Assembly (NCBI GenBank): GCA_035480055.1 | Contig: DATIIB010000001.1 | Span: 117,453 to 181,452 of the forward strand | Reading direction: 5' to 3' | DNA: 64,000 bases | Source of the DNA: Candidatus Saccharimonadales bacterium | Lineage (GTDB): Bacteria; Patescibacteriota; Saccharimonadia; Saccharimonadales; DASZAF01 | Shown: positions 56,419-64,000 of the stretch, one piece after another | Position numbering within the stretch: the first letter of the stretch is position 1 | Layout of the letters: every line of letters begins with the position of its first letter | The notes under the pieces: generated by a model | Databases searched by the model: none | Told to the model about the DNA's origin: nothing | Seen by the model: the letters and a program-made list of their open reading frames with translations, nothing else | Translations under genes and position numbers: made by a program

Positions 56419-58362
56419 CTATGCTCCTAATGGAGGCTGGGGTGGACCCACCTCTCCGCCTAGAGTACTCGTAAGGTCTGGCGTGGGTTCAGGTCCGACC
56501 GCTCCGCCTTGAGTGGCTTGAGCGAGTTGTTCGATCTGTTTAATTTGCGCAGGGTTGGTGGTGATGAGTGATGTTTCGGTGGGACTGGCAATCACCTGCA
56601 CATGCACGTGGTTTTGTCCCGCAAACAGTAATCCCTGGCCAACTGGGAACTGAGTGAGGCGTTTTTGCTCTTCGCCAGTAAGGCGGAACACTTGCGCAAG
56701 GATGTCCACGGCCGAAGTTGATTGCTTCAGCAGCACCTGCATTGAAGCGTTGGCGACAATTGCGCGGCCCATGCGCGAACTCATAAAGTCTTCCACGTCT
56801 TGGCTGATCGTGGTCAGACCCAAGTAGTACTTACGGGCGCGTTTTGCCAGGCTAAACATAAAGTTAGCCGAATCTTCGTATTTCATCAGCTGCCATGCCT
56901 CGTCAACGATCAGCATGCGCTTGGTTTGGTCTGATTTGGTCTTGTTCCAGATGTAATTTAAGATGATGTACATGGCGACTGGGCGCAGCTCGTCCTCGAG
57001 GTCACGAATGTTAAAGACCACCATTTTGTTACTAATCTCTACGTTGGACTGCTGACTAAAGATGCCAGCAAATGTTCCCGTGGTGTACTTGCGCAATCGC
57101 TGTGCCAGCTGTGGTCCAGTACCTGCCATGTGCAGCAAGGTGTCGTACAGATCGGCAATCGTTGGCGGCGTGGTGGTGTGGGTTAACGGATCGTTGGTAA
57201 TGCCAGCTTTGGCATACGTGTCGATTAACGCCTGGTCCAGATCGGCTTCTTCCACTGGATTCAGCACTGGCCCGGCTGCGTATCCGGCAGCTACCGCACT
57301 TGCCCCACCCATCATCAGGCGTAACAGTCCATGGAGCGTAATTAAGTTGGAGCGAAGGGCGTTGTCTGCCTCTTCACTATCCAGAACCTGCGGCAGGTCA
57401 AACGGGTTGATACGCGTGGGCGAATTGAGTGAGAGCCGAATGTACGTACCACCAACCGCTTCGCAGAGGCGCTGATATTCGTTTTCTGGGTCGATGATGA
57501 TTACCTCGGTGCCCATCATCATACTGCGTAACGCTTCCAGTTTGACGGTAAACGACTTACCCGCACCAGATTTGGCAAAGACCACCATATTGGCGTTCTC
57601 AAGTGTAAAGCGATCAAAAATCACTAACCCGTTGTTGTGCATGTTGATGCCGTACAAAATGCCATTATCTTGCGTCAGGTCGGCCGAGGTGAATGGGAAG
57701 CTGGTGCTCATGGCGCCAGTGTTCATGTTGCGGCGAATTTGCAACTGGTCAAAGGCCTGCGGAATGGTTGAGTTAAAGCCCTGCTCCATTTGAACGGTCG
57801 CTGGTTTGGAATAGACCAGTTGCTGGCCGAGCACGGTTTCAACCTTGTGTTGGATAAAGTCGAGTTCTTCGAGTGCGGTGGCATACAGCGTGAAATACAA
57901 GCCAAAACGGAAGAAGCGCTCCTCACCCACCTGCAGTTTGTCGCGCAATTCCTCGGCGTCCATAATGGCGGCCTGGGTTCCTGGATCTCGAACCTTACCT
58001 TTTTCGGCATTGATCTGCAGGTCGGCTTCCAACTGACTCACCTTCTTGCGGAGGTTATCGAGCACCACGCGGCTTTCGACTGGGTAGATAAACATCGAGA
58101 TGTCGATTTCTTCGTCCATGTTGATGACCGAGCTTAACCAGCCGGTAAAGATCTGGCGGGGGTAGCCATAGACGTAGAATGTCCGGGCGTAATAGGTGCC
58201 AAGGCGGAAGTAGCCAGATTCGTACTCGAGTGAACTTGGGGCGATAAAGTCCCGAAGTTCACTAATCCCCTTCAGGAACGCTTGACTGACCTCGGCTTGC
58301 TCGCGCATGCGTTGGCGTTGGGCGATTTCCATTGGATTTGATTTTTTACTAAAAAGTCCCAT
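56419..58362 (-). CDS. virB4: type IV secretion VirB4/TrbE/ConE-family ATPase
   Basis: Walker A FAKSGAGKSFTV, Walker B RMLIVDEAWQLM (DEAW motif characteristic of VirB4/TraC). N-terminal CagE/TrbE/VirB-type domain. 647 aa. Confidence 0.85.
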   Translation of the reverse strand: MGLFSKKSNPMEIAQRQRMREQAEVSQAFLKGISELRDFIAPSSLEYESGYFRLGTYYARTFYVYGYPRQIFTGWLSSVINMDEEIDISMFIYPVESRVVLDNLRKKVSQLEADLQINAEKGKVRDPGTQAAIMDAEELRDKLQVGEERFFRFGLYFTLYATALEELDFIQHKVETVLGQQLVYSKPATVQMEQGFNSTIPQAFDQLQIRRNMNTGAMSTSFPFTSADLTQDNGILYGINMHNNGLVIFDRFTLENANMVVFAKSGAGKSFTVKLEALRSMMMGTEVIIIDPENEYQRLCEAVGGTYIRLSLNSPTRINPFDLPQVLDSEEADNALRSNLITLHGLLRLMMGGASAVAAGYAAGPVLNPVEEADLDQALIDTYAKAGITNDPLTHTTTPPTIADLYDTLLHMAGTGPQLAQRLRKYTTGTFAGIFSQQSNVEISNKMVVFNIRDLEDELRPVAMYIILNYIWNKTKSDQTKRMLIVDEAWQLMKYEDSANFMFSLAKRARKYYLGLTTISQDVEDFMSSRMGRAIVANASMQVLLKQSTSAVDILAQVFRLTGEEQKRLTQFPVGQGLLFAGQNHVHVQVIASPTETSLITTNPAQIKQIEQLAQATQGGAVGPEPTPDLTSTLGGEVGPPQPPLGA

Positions 58363-59393
58363 TATGATGCTCCTCCAGCCAGGTTGGGTTGCGGCGCTTG
58401 TCCATCACCCTTACTGACCACGATGCTGGCCATGTCTTCAAACGATCCAAGTGGCTGACGAGTGGCGGTGTCAGGGTTATAGACATCGTAATAGAGTTCG
58501 ATCAGCTCTTTGGTGTCCAGCGGTGCGGCTTGTACACCAAGCTGCAGCAAGCCGTTCATCACGCTTTGGACGCGGTTTTGAAGTTCGGTCTTGGCTTTAA
58601 CCAGCGTGTTCTCGTCAATCACCAGCCGCTGTTTTTTGCCGCCCAGGCCACCAAACAAGGTTTTGGTATCGCCAAGTACTTGTTTGGTATTTGCAACCGG
58701 GAAAAACGGAATCACAATGTAAAACTGCTTGTTCATAATGTTGGTTTGCTCCACGAGCTGCTCGATGTAGTAAATGTAGTCCTCCATCAGCATAGCCAGG
58801 AGCATGTTGTCTTGCTCGGAGCGAATCTTGTTGAGTTTCTCGAGATATGGCCGCATGTCGACCTTGCGTGAACGAATCACGATCTGGATGTCGAAGTACA
58901 GCGAGTTAAGAAAGTTCTGATAGCTAAACTCCACTGCCTCGCGCTCGGCTGCGCTCATGAGGTCAAAGTTGATCGAGCGAGCCATGACCACCGCCCGGAA
59001 GCTGCCGTCATTCATAATCACAATACCGTCACGAACCTCAGCAATCTCTAATGTATTTTGAGTACTGTTGGGGTTAGTTTTTACCGGTGGACCATTTGGA
59101 CGTGGACCTGGACCTTGCGCGGTTGCTGGCATGGCGCTGGGAGCATTTGGCAGCGGCTGTGGAGCGGGCGGTAATTGTTGATTTTGGTATGCAGGTTGTT
59201 GCGGCGCTGCAGCAGCTTGAGGCGGCTGTTGCGGAGGCTGAGGTGGTAATCCAGCCATTGGGTTTGGTAGGCCTTGAGGAGTTTGTTGCTGTTCCTGCAT
59301 GGTCCGAGTATACGGTACAGGAGCAGGAACTTGTCCTGGCTGCAAGTTCTGCTGTGGTTGATACCCTTGTTGTTGGTTAGTATCGGGATACAT
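58362..59393 (-). CDS. T4SS-associated protein with Pro/Gln-rich disordered N-terminus
   Basis: First ~115 aa are >50% P/Q/A. C-terminal ~200-aa globular domain (IVIMNDGSFRAVVMARSINFDL...). ATGA overlap with virB4. Confidence 0.5.
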   Translation of the reverse strand: MYPDTNQQQGYQPQQNLQPGQVPAPVPYTRTMQEQQQTPQGLPNPMAGLPPQPPQQPPQAAAAPQQPAYQNQQLPPAPQPLPNAPSAMPATAQGPGPRPNGPPVKTNPNSTQNTLEIAEVRDGIVIMNDGSFRAVVMARSINFDLMSAAEREAVEFSYQNFLNSLYFDIQIVIRSRKVDMRPYLEKLNKIRSEQDNMLLAMLMEDYIYYIEQLVEQTNIMNKQFYIVIPFFPVANTKQVLGDTKTLFGGLGGKKQRLVIDENTLVKAKTELQNRVQSVMNGLLQLGVQAAPLDTKELIELYYDVYNPDTATRQPLGSFEDMASIVVSKGDGQAPQPNLAGGAS

Positions 59394-59431
59394 GTAAAGT
59401 AGTCGCTCCCACCCCTCTTATCCAACGATGC

Positions 59432-60319
59432 CTAGTGGAGTGATATCACTACCTCTTCCGAAGGAAGGGTGTGGGCTTCCCGCGCAATAGCACTCACCGT
59501 CAAGTCGTTGTTGTTCGCTAACCGTATTATATCAGGTGAGACTTGGTTGGGTACAGCCGTATCTGCAGGGGCAGACGTTGTAGTTTGGTCATCATTGTCG
59601 CCTAATGGACTAATTACCTTTTGTCGCATGTCGCTTGGATATGGGTTAAAGTGCATGCCTGACGTCCCTACTCCAACGCCTGGGGCGTGCCGCAATTGTT
59701 CACTGGCCGTAGCTTGCATGCGGTGCATTCTTTCGATTGCTTCCAGACGGGCATCGCTCGCTTGTTGCTCAATCAATACCTCAAATTTCTGCGAAACCTT
59801 GGCCTGCTCGTCCATAATGTCGGTATTGATGGCGTTTTCTAACTCGCTGCGCGGTGACGCAACCTTTACCAAGCGGTCACTCGGAGTGGTTACCAAGCCT
59901 TTGGCAGCCCAGCCTCGACTGTCCATCAGGTTGGCCAGATTGCTCAGACGACTTTTAACTTCAGGCTGAGTAATATCGCGAACGCGCTTTATCTCGAGCT
60001 TTTTGGGCGCGGTAATCACTATGCGTTGGTCAAAGCCATCTTGGTCCCAAATGCGGCGGTGCGGCTTGATATAAAAACGGATCAGTGCCGCCAAGTAGAC
60101 TTCAACCGGTTGATCTTTACGGTGCACAAATCCTAGTACTCCAAAGATCACCAAGAATGGCAACATGATCGTGGCGAGTGGAATGGCGATGCGTGAGAGC
60201 ACAAAGGCCATGTAAGCAGCACCAAAGAAGAGTAAGACAAAGATGAGCTGCTTGAGCGAGAATGGCCCAAGGAGCTTGTCTTCGGCTTCGACATCTTGAG
60301 GAACTTTGTAGGTTGCCAT
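59432..60319 (-). CDS. T4SS-associated membrane protein (VirB3/ConD-like TM hairpin plus soluble C-terminal domain)
   Basis: Two adjacent TM helices near the N-terminus (LIFVLLFFGAAYMAFVL; IPLATIMLPFLVIFGVLGFV), then a ~200-aa hydrophilic domain. Confidence 0.5.
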   Translation of the reverse strand: MATYKVPQDVEAEDKLLGPFSLKQLIFVLLFFGAAYMAFVLSRIAIPLATIMLPFLVIFGVLGFVHRKDQPVEVYLAALIRFYIKPHRRIWDQDGFDQRIVITAPKKLEIKRVRDITQPEVKSRLSNLANLMDSRGWAAKGLVTTPSDRLVKVASPRSELENAINTDIMDEQAKVSQKFEVLIEQQASDARLEAIERMHRMQATASEQLRHAPGVGVGTSGMHFNPYPSDMRQKVISPLGDNDDQTTTSAPADTAVPNQVSPDIIRLANNNDLTVSAIAREAHTLPSEEVVISLH

Positions 60320-60327
60320 GCGTACTC

Positions 60328-63219
60328 CTAGGCGGCCCGTGGGACGTGACCGGTTGCAACGTTCTGATGAGCAGCTTCGGCGCGCTTGTTGACAGTATTG
60401 ATAATCGCCTGAGCCTTAACCTGATCACCTCCAAGCTGGGCTGTAAGATTGTCCAATTTTAGGAAGCCATCTAATGCATCGGCACGACCGCCCGCCAAGT
60501 GTCCCTTGGCCTTCGCTTCGACTACGAGGTCAAGCAAACGCTGCGTGCCTGCATCCTCGAAGCCTTTAACTGTCTCGGTGTGCTGCGTGCCTTGAGCATC
60601 GGAATAGGTGATTTGTTGATCTACCAATTGACGTGGAGCCGTGCCTACTACGTTACCATTTGCATCTTTCACCTGTCGTTCCTTAAGCTGGTCAGCAATA
60701 CGTGCCAGTGTCGGCTTCATGTCACTGTTGCTAACTTTAGCCAGGTCGTCCAGCTTCGCAATCTCACCACCGCTGTGACTGTACTGTCCATTGCCACGCG
60801 CTTGAAGCCCCCAAGCCATGGCTGTACCGCCTGCCTGAGCCGATGCGACAGGATCTCCAGTTTGCTCGAGCGTTTTGCGGTAGTAACCTTTTTCCATAGA
60901 ACCATCCGCATTGATGCCACCTGCGAAATCTTGCATGAGCATGCCGTGGCCTGCTGCAAGATTACCAATCGCTTCAAGCGAACTCGCGTTAGTGGGATTA
61001 AAGCCCTGTGATTGCAACGCGCTCGCTGTTGCTTGAACCTCGCCAGGACTGTAGGAAATTCCTGCCGCGGCGAGCTTCTGCTCGGCATCTTGTACATTCA
61101 TACCTGCCGAAGCGAGTGCTTGTAGATGCTGTGCATTGTACTTACCTAAGCGCTTAGTCTCATCCTCAACCTGGTAACTTCGGGCTGCAGCCATTGCACC
61201 GGCTTTGTCAGCGCTCCCGACAGCTGTGCTCCAAGAGTCGCTTGCTTGTCCAAGAGCTGCGCCCGCTCCTTGATCACCTCTAACTCTACCTCGAGCGAGT
61301 CGTCCCGCGGCCACTCCTGCGCCTTTAGCTGCACTAGCAGCACCACCAGCGCGGGTGCCAAGTCGGTTGATCTTACGCTTTGTCCGGTTATAGCGAGCAC
61401 CAACGCCTGTACCTTCTTGCATCATACTCAGAGAGTTCCCGATGCGGCGTCTATTAGCCTCATTCTTCTTGAGCTGGTGTTGCAAAGAAGGTGCGGTCAT
61501 CTTGCGGCGTTCGCCCATGGCGTTCGAGATTTTGTCGCCAACACCACCACTCAGTTTGCCATGCATTGCTCCGGCTAACGCGTTTGGAATTCGGCCAGTA
61601 AAGCGGATAATCTGGATAATCATAAAGTACGGTGCAAAGAAGCAGATGATCGCAATAAAGAAGTTAAACAGTTGCGACACACCGTTGTTATCGGCAAAAA
61701 GATGAATACTCGGGATAGCCGCAAAGCTTCCTAGCGCCTGTCCACCGTGAGCGCCAATTCCCGAAAAGAATGTGTGCAGATGTTCCATGATATGTATTGT
61801 ACCAGCCTTGCCGCTGACCGTACCAGTAACGATTGCCAGCAACGCACCAATGGCAATGACAGCCTGAAAGATTGGATAAAATAGAATCATCGAAGTCAGC
61901 AGTTCGCGCCATTTATCAAAGTATTTGGTGGTTCCCGGCAACACCCAAAGTGCAATCGCAATTGGCGCAAACACCGCACACAGAATCAGAATCCCCTGTC
62001 GCAAGATGATAAAGGCCAGCCCCACCAGCAGCGCAACGAGCAATGAGATAAATATTGGCGCCAAAAGGTACACGATGTATAACCCAATCTGCGGAATCTT
62101 AAACAAAACCCACACCGCTGGGATAATACTTCCCAGAATACCCGCCTTTAGCACCGCACTCGTGGCGTTATCGGGCACCACAATCTTGGCCGCTTGCGAA
62201 TCTTTAAACGGAAACAGCACAATGTCATGCACTCCCCCGCCAACGATGTTCCCAATCTCAATTGCAAATGTCACGATATACCAAGAGAGATTTATCAGAA
62301 TGAAAGCGATCACAATTCGCGGCAAAAGTTTTTTAACCGTGTAGGCGTCCATCAGGTTTGAGCCGGAAATAGATTGGCCAATAATCATAGCCAGGAAAGC
62401 CAGCACAAGCAGGATATCGGCAATTCGTGAAACAAACACCCATGACCCGTGCACCTTGTTGTAGGTGTCAGAGTCAAGCCCGCCAATGCCCGCATCGCCA
62501 CTCGCTGCTGGTGCAAACAAGCTGAAGTCTAACCGGGCTAACGCAAATCCGTAAATTCCGTTAATCGCCTCGTTAAAGACATTGAGCGCTGGGCAAAATA
62601 CCCAGCCCAAAAAGCCTGAGTTATCTTCGCATACTTCTTCGTCAGTGTTTGAGGCGGTATCGTTACCCGGACTCGTTGGATTAGTCGCCGCGTCGACAGC
62701 TTTTCCGGCGATGCCGTTAAACTTAGGATCCACATTCCCCTGCAAGCACGAAGGAGTGAGCATGCCATTTGGCAATCCGAGCGAGCCAATCGTTGGCCCC
62801 TTAGAGCCACCGACGTACTGGAGGCGATAATATTGGACAACATTGGTGGTAAAGTCGGCCTTCACGAAGTCTAAAGGACAACTAAATCCGTTTACCTGTT
62901 GAGTCTTGTCCCCTAGAAAGTAGGGAGAGCCGCTTAGGTTTACATTGCTCACTCCCGTAAAGAGTGTGCTTCCATCCAGGCCTGTCCCGGTTGCGGTAAG
63001 AGAGGTAAGGTCGTTTGCTGGGTGGGTATAGGTGGCGTTATCGTAAGGAGTTGCGGCATGGCTTGGGAGTGCCGAGGTCAAGCTTGTTGCCACAGCCAAA
63101 ATCATTGCAAGAAAATATACGGGGCGAAGACGAGCCACCCTTTTTATCTTCTTACCCACAGCAACAATACTCATTTGTCCTCCATTATAGTCGAGTTGCC
63201 AGCTGTGTGCCAAGGGCAT
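60328..63219 (-). CDS. VirB6/TrbL/ConG-like polytopic T4SS channel protein with large N-terminal ectodomain and ~400-aa C-terminal hydrophilic extension
   Basis: 963 aa. Signal/TM, ~230-aa extracytoplasmic domain, 6-7 TM core (residues ~250-560) typical of VirB6, then a Gly/Ala-rich hydrophilic tail. Confidence 0.65.
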   Translation of the reverse strand: MPLAHSWQLDYNGGQMSIVAVGKKIKRVARLRPVYFLAMILAVATSLTSALPSHAATPYDNATYTHPANDLTSLTATGTGLDGSTLFTGVSNVNLSGSPYFLGDKTQQVNGFSCPLDFVKADFTTNVVQYYRLQYVGGSKGPTIGSLGLPNGMLTPSCLQGNVDPKFNGIAGKAVDAATNPTSPGNDTASNTDEEVCEDNSGFLGWVFCPALNVFNEAINGIYGFALARLDFSLFAPAASGDAGIGGLDSDTYNKVHGSWVFVSRIADILLVLAFLAMIIGQSISGSNLMDAYTVKKLLPRIVIAFILINLSWYIVTFAIEIGNIVGGGVHDIVLFPFKDSQAAKIVVPDNATSAVLKAGILGSIIPAVWVLFKIPQIGLYIVYLLAPIFISLLVALLVGLAFIILRQGILILCAVFAPIAIALWVLPGTTKYFDKWRELLTSMILFYPIFQAVIAIGALLAIVTGTVSGKAGTIHIMEHLHTFFSGIGAHGGQALGSFAAIPSIHLFADNNGVSQLFNFFIAIICFFAPYFMIIQIIRFTGRIPNALAGAMHGKLSGGVGDKISNAMGERRKMTAPSLQHQLKKNEANRRRIGNSLSMMQEGTGVGARYNRTKRKINRLGTRAGGAASAAKGAGVAAGRLARGRVRGDQGAGAALGQASDSWSTAVGSADKAGAMAAARSYQVEDETKRLGKYNAQHLQALASAGMNVQDAEQKLAAAGISYSPGEVQATASALQSQGFNPTNASSLEAIGNLAAGHGMLMQDFAGGINADGSMEKGYYRKTLEQTGDPVASAQAGGTAMAWGLQARGNGQYSHSGGEIAKLDDLAKVSNSDMKPTLARIADQLKERQVKDANGNVVGTAPRQLVDQQITYSDAQGTQHTETVKGFEDAGTQRLLDLVVEAKAKGHLAGGRADALDGFLKLDNLTAQLGGDQVKAQAIINTVNKRAEAAHQNVATGHVPRAA

Positions 63220-63246
63220 TATGGCCCAGTCTTGACTATGTGTAGT

Positions 63247-64000
63247 TTATTTCACAATGCCCATTGTTAAGGCAAGCAGGGCCCCAATTGCGACCACTGC
63301 CTGAAAGACGGGATAAAACAGAATCATCGAGGTTAATAGCTCTCGCCACTGATGAAAATACTTTTCTGTGCCCGGAAGGATCCATAATACAATGGCGACC
63401 GGCGCAAACACCGCACACAGAATCAGAATCCCCTGTCGCAAGATGATAAAGGCCATGCCAACGACCAGTGCAGTTGCCACTGTCACAAAGATGGGAAAGA
63501 GCAGATACAGAATGTACGTACCGATTTGCGGAATTTTAAACAGCAGCCACACCGCCGGCAGTAATGACCCCAGAATCCCGGCACCAACTATGTTTGAGGT
63601 GATATTATTTGGCGCCACAAACTTGGCTGCCTGACTGCCGCTAAACGGCGCCAGAATAATGTCGTGGGCTCCCCCGCCAACGATATTCCCAATCTCAATT
63701 GCAAACGTCACTAAATACCAAGAGATGTTGATCAAGACAAAGGCGATGACGATTCGCGGCAGCATTCGCTTCACGGTATAGGCGCTAAAGAGGTTGGACT
63801 GGGAGAGCGACTGCCCGATGACCATGCCAATGAATAACACGGCCAAGAGTACATCGGCGAGCCTCGACACAAACACCCACGACCCATGCACTTTGTCGTA
63901 CGAGGCTTGATCGAGTCCGCTAATCCCGGCGTCACCGCTCGCAGCTGGCGCAAACAGACTAAAGTCCATTCGGGCGAGCACGAATCCGTAGATCCCATTA
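63247..64000 (-). CDS. second VirB6-like paralog (5' part outside window); lacks the C-terminal extension
   Basis: TM core ~80% identical to the 60328-63219 product. Frame stays open upstream of the annotated GTG to the window edge (NGIYGFVLARM matches INGIYGFALARL of the paralog). Identical DNA blocks, e.g. 61961-62022 vs 63397-63458. Confidence 0.65.
   Translation of the reverse strand, partial: NGIYGFVLARMDFSLFAPAASGDAGISGLDQASYDKVHGSWVFVSRLADVLLAVLFIGMVIGQSLSQSNLFSAYTVKRMLPRIVIAFVLINISWYLVTFAIEIGNIVGGGAHDIILAPFSGSQAAKFVAPNNITSNIVGAGILGSLLPAVWLLFKIPQIGTYILYLLFPIFVTVATALVVGMAFIILRQGILILCAVFAPVAIVLWILPGTEKYFHQWRELLTSMILFYPVFQAVVAIGALLALTMGIVK

Noticed and set aside
1-64000. CRISPR arrays, transposases, integrases, prophage genes
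   Set aside because: No direct-repeat/spacer arrays and no recombinase or transposase signatures were found on either strand. The only repeats are intragenic tandem repeats (27100-28020), the VirB6 duplication, and the 23-bp inverted-repeat element at 23326-23465.

Overview
This 64-kb chromosomal window is dense with genes. It spans the replication origin: rpmH-rnpA-yidC-jag on the minus strand, then dnaA-dnaN-recF on the plus strand, with DnaA-box clusters upstream of dnaA and in the long AT-rich dnaA-dnaN spacer. About 60% of the window is cell-envelope glycan biosynthesis. Positions 343-4390 carry a CDP-alcohol phosphatidyltransferase, a GT2, a GT4 and a Wzx-like flippase. Positions 15022-19893 carry GtrA, an O-antigen ligase/polymerase-like protein, a WbaP-like initiating phosphotransferase and a GT4. 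Positions 22245-24887 carry ManC, a GtrB-like GT2 and GtrA. Positions 28039-43110 carry a GT-C-like membrane protein, five GT4s, two FkbM methyltransferases, Wzt/Wzm, a Nudix hydrolase, Gmd, an Rmd/Fcl-like reductase and a further GT4. This last cluster resembles ABC-transporter-dependent homopolymer O-polysaccharide systems with terminal methylation (E. coli O9a, P. aeruginosa CPA). Other genes include Ku plus a three-domain LigD (NHEJ), a sensor histidine kinase, an AI-2E transporter, a beta-lactamase-like serine hydrolase, a pentapeptide-repeat protein, a SET-domain protein next to tRNA-Asn, and a LexA-type wHTH protein with no peptidase domain. Two secreted proteins fuse cell-wall hydrolase domains (CHAP; a lysozyme-like E-S motif) to seven ~50-56-aa repeats that look like beta-propeller lectin blades. 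The most interesting region is 49757-64000 (minus strand), which runs up to recF. It is a compact operon resembling a monoderm (Gram-positive/ICE Con-type) type IV secretion apparatus. It encodes a VirB4-family ATPase, two tandem paralogous VirB6-like polytopic proteins (the second truncated by the window edge), and a large secreted peptidoglycan hydrolase with three domains (lysozyme-like, amidase_3, NlpC/P60). It also encodes several membrane-anchored or low-complexity proteins of unknown function. No relaxase, integrase or VirD4 is visible inside the window. Gene content and organisation suggest a reduced-genome monoderm bacterium, possibly CPR/Saccharibacteria-like, but that is inference. 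Coordinates I derived by hand (tRNA, rpmH, terminators, repeats, adjusted starts) may be off by 1-2 nt.
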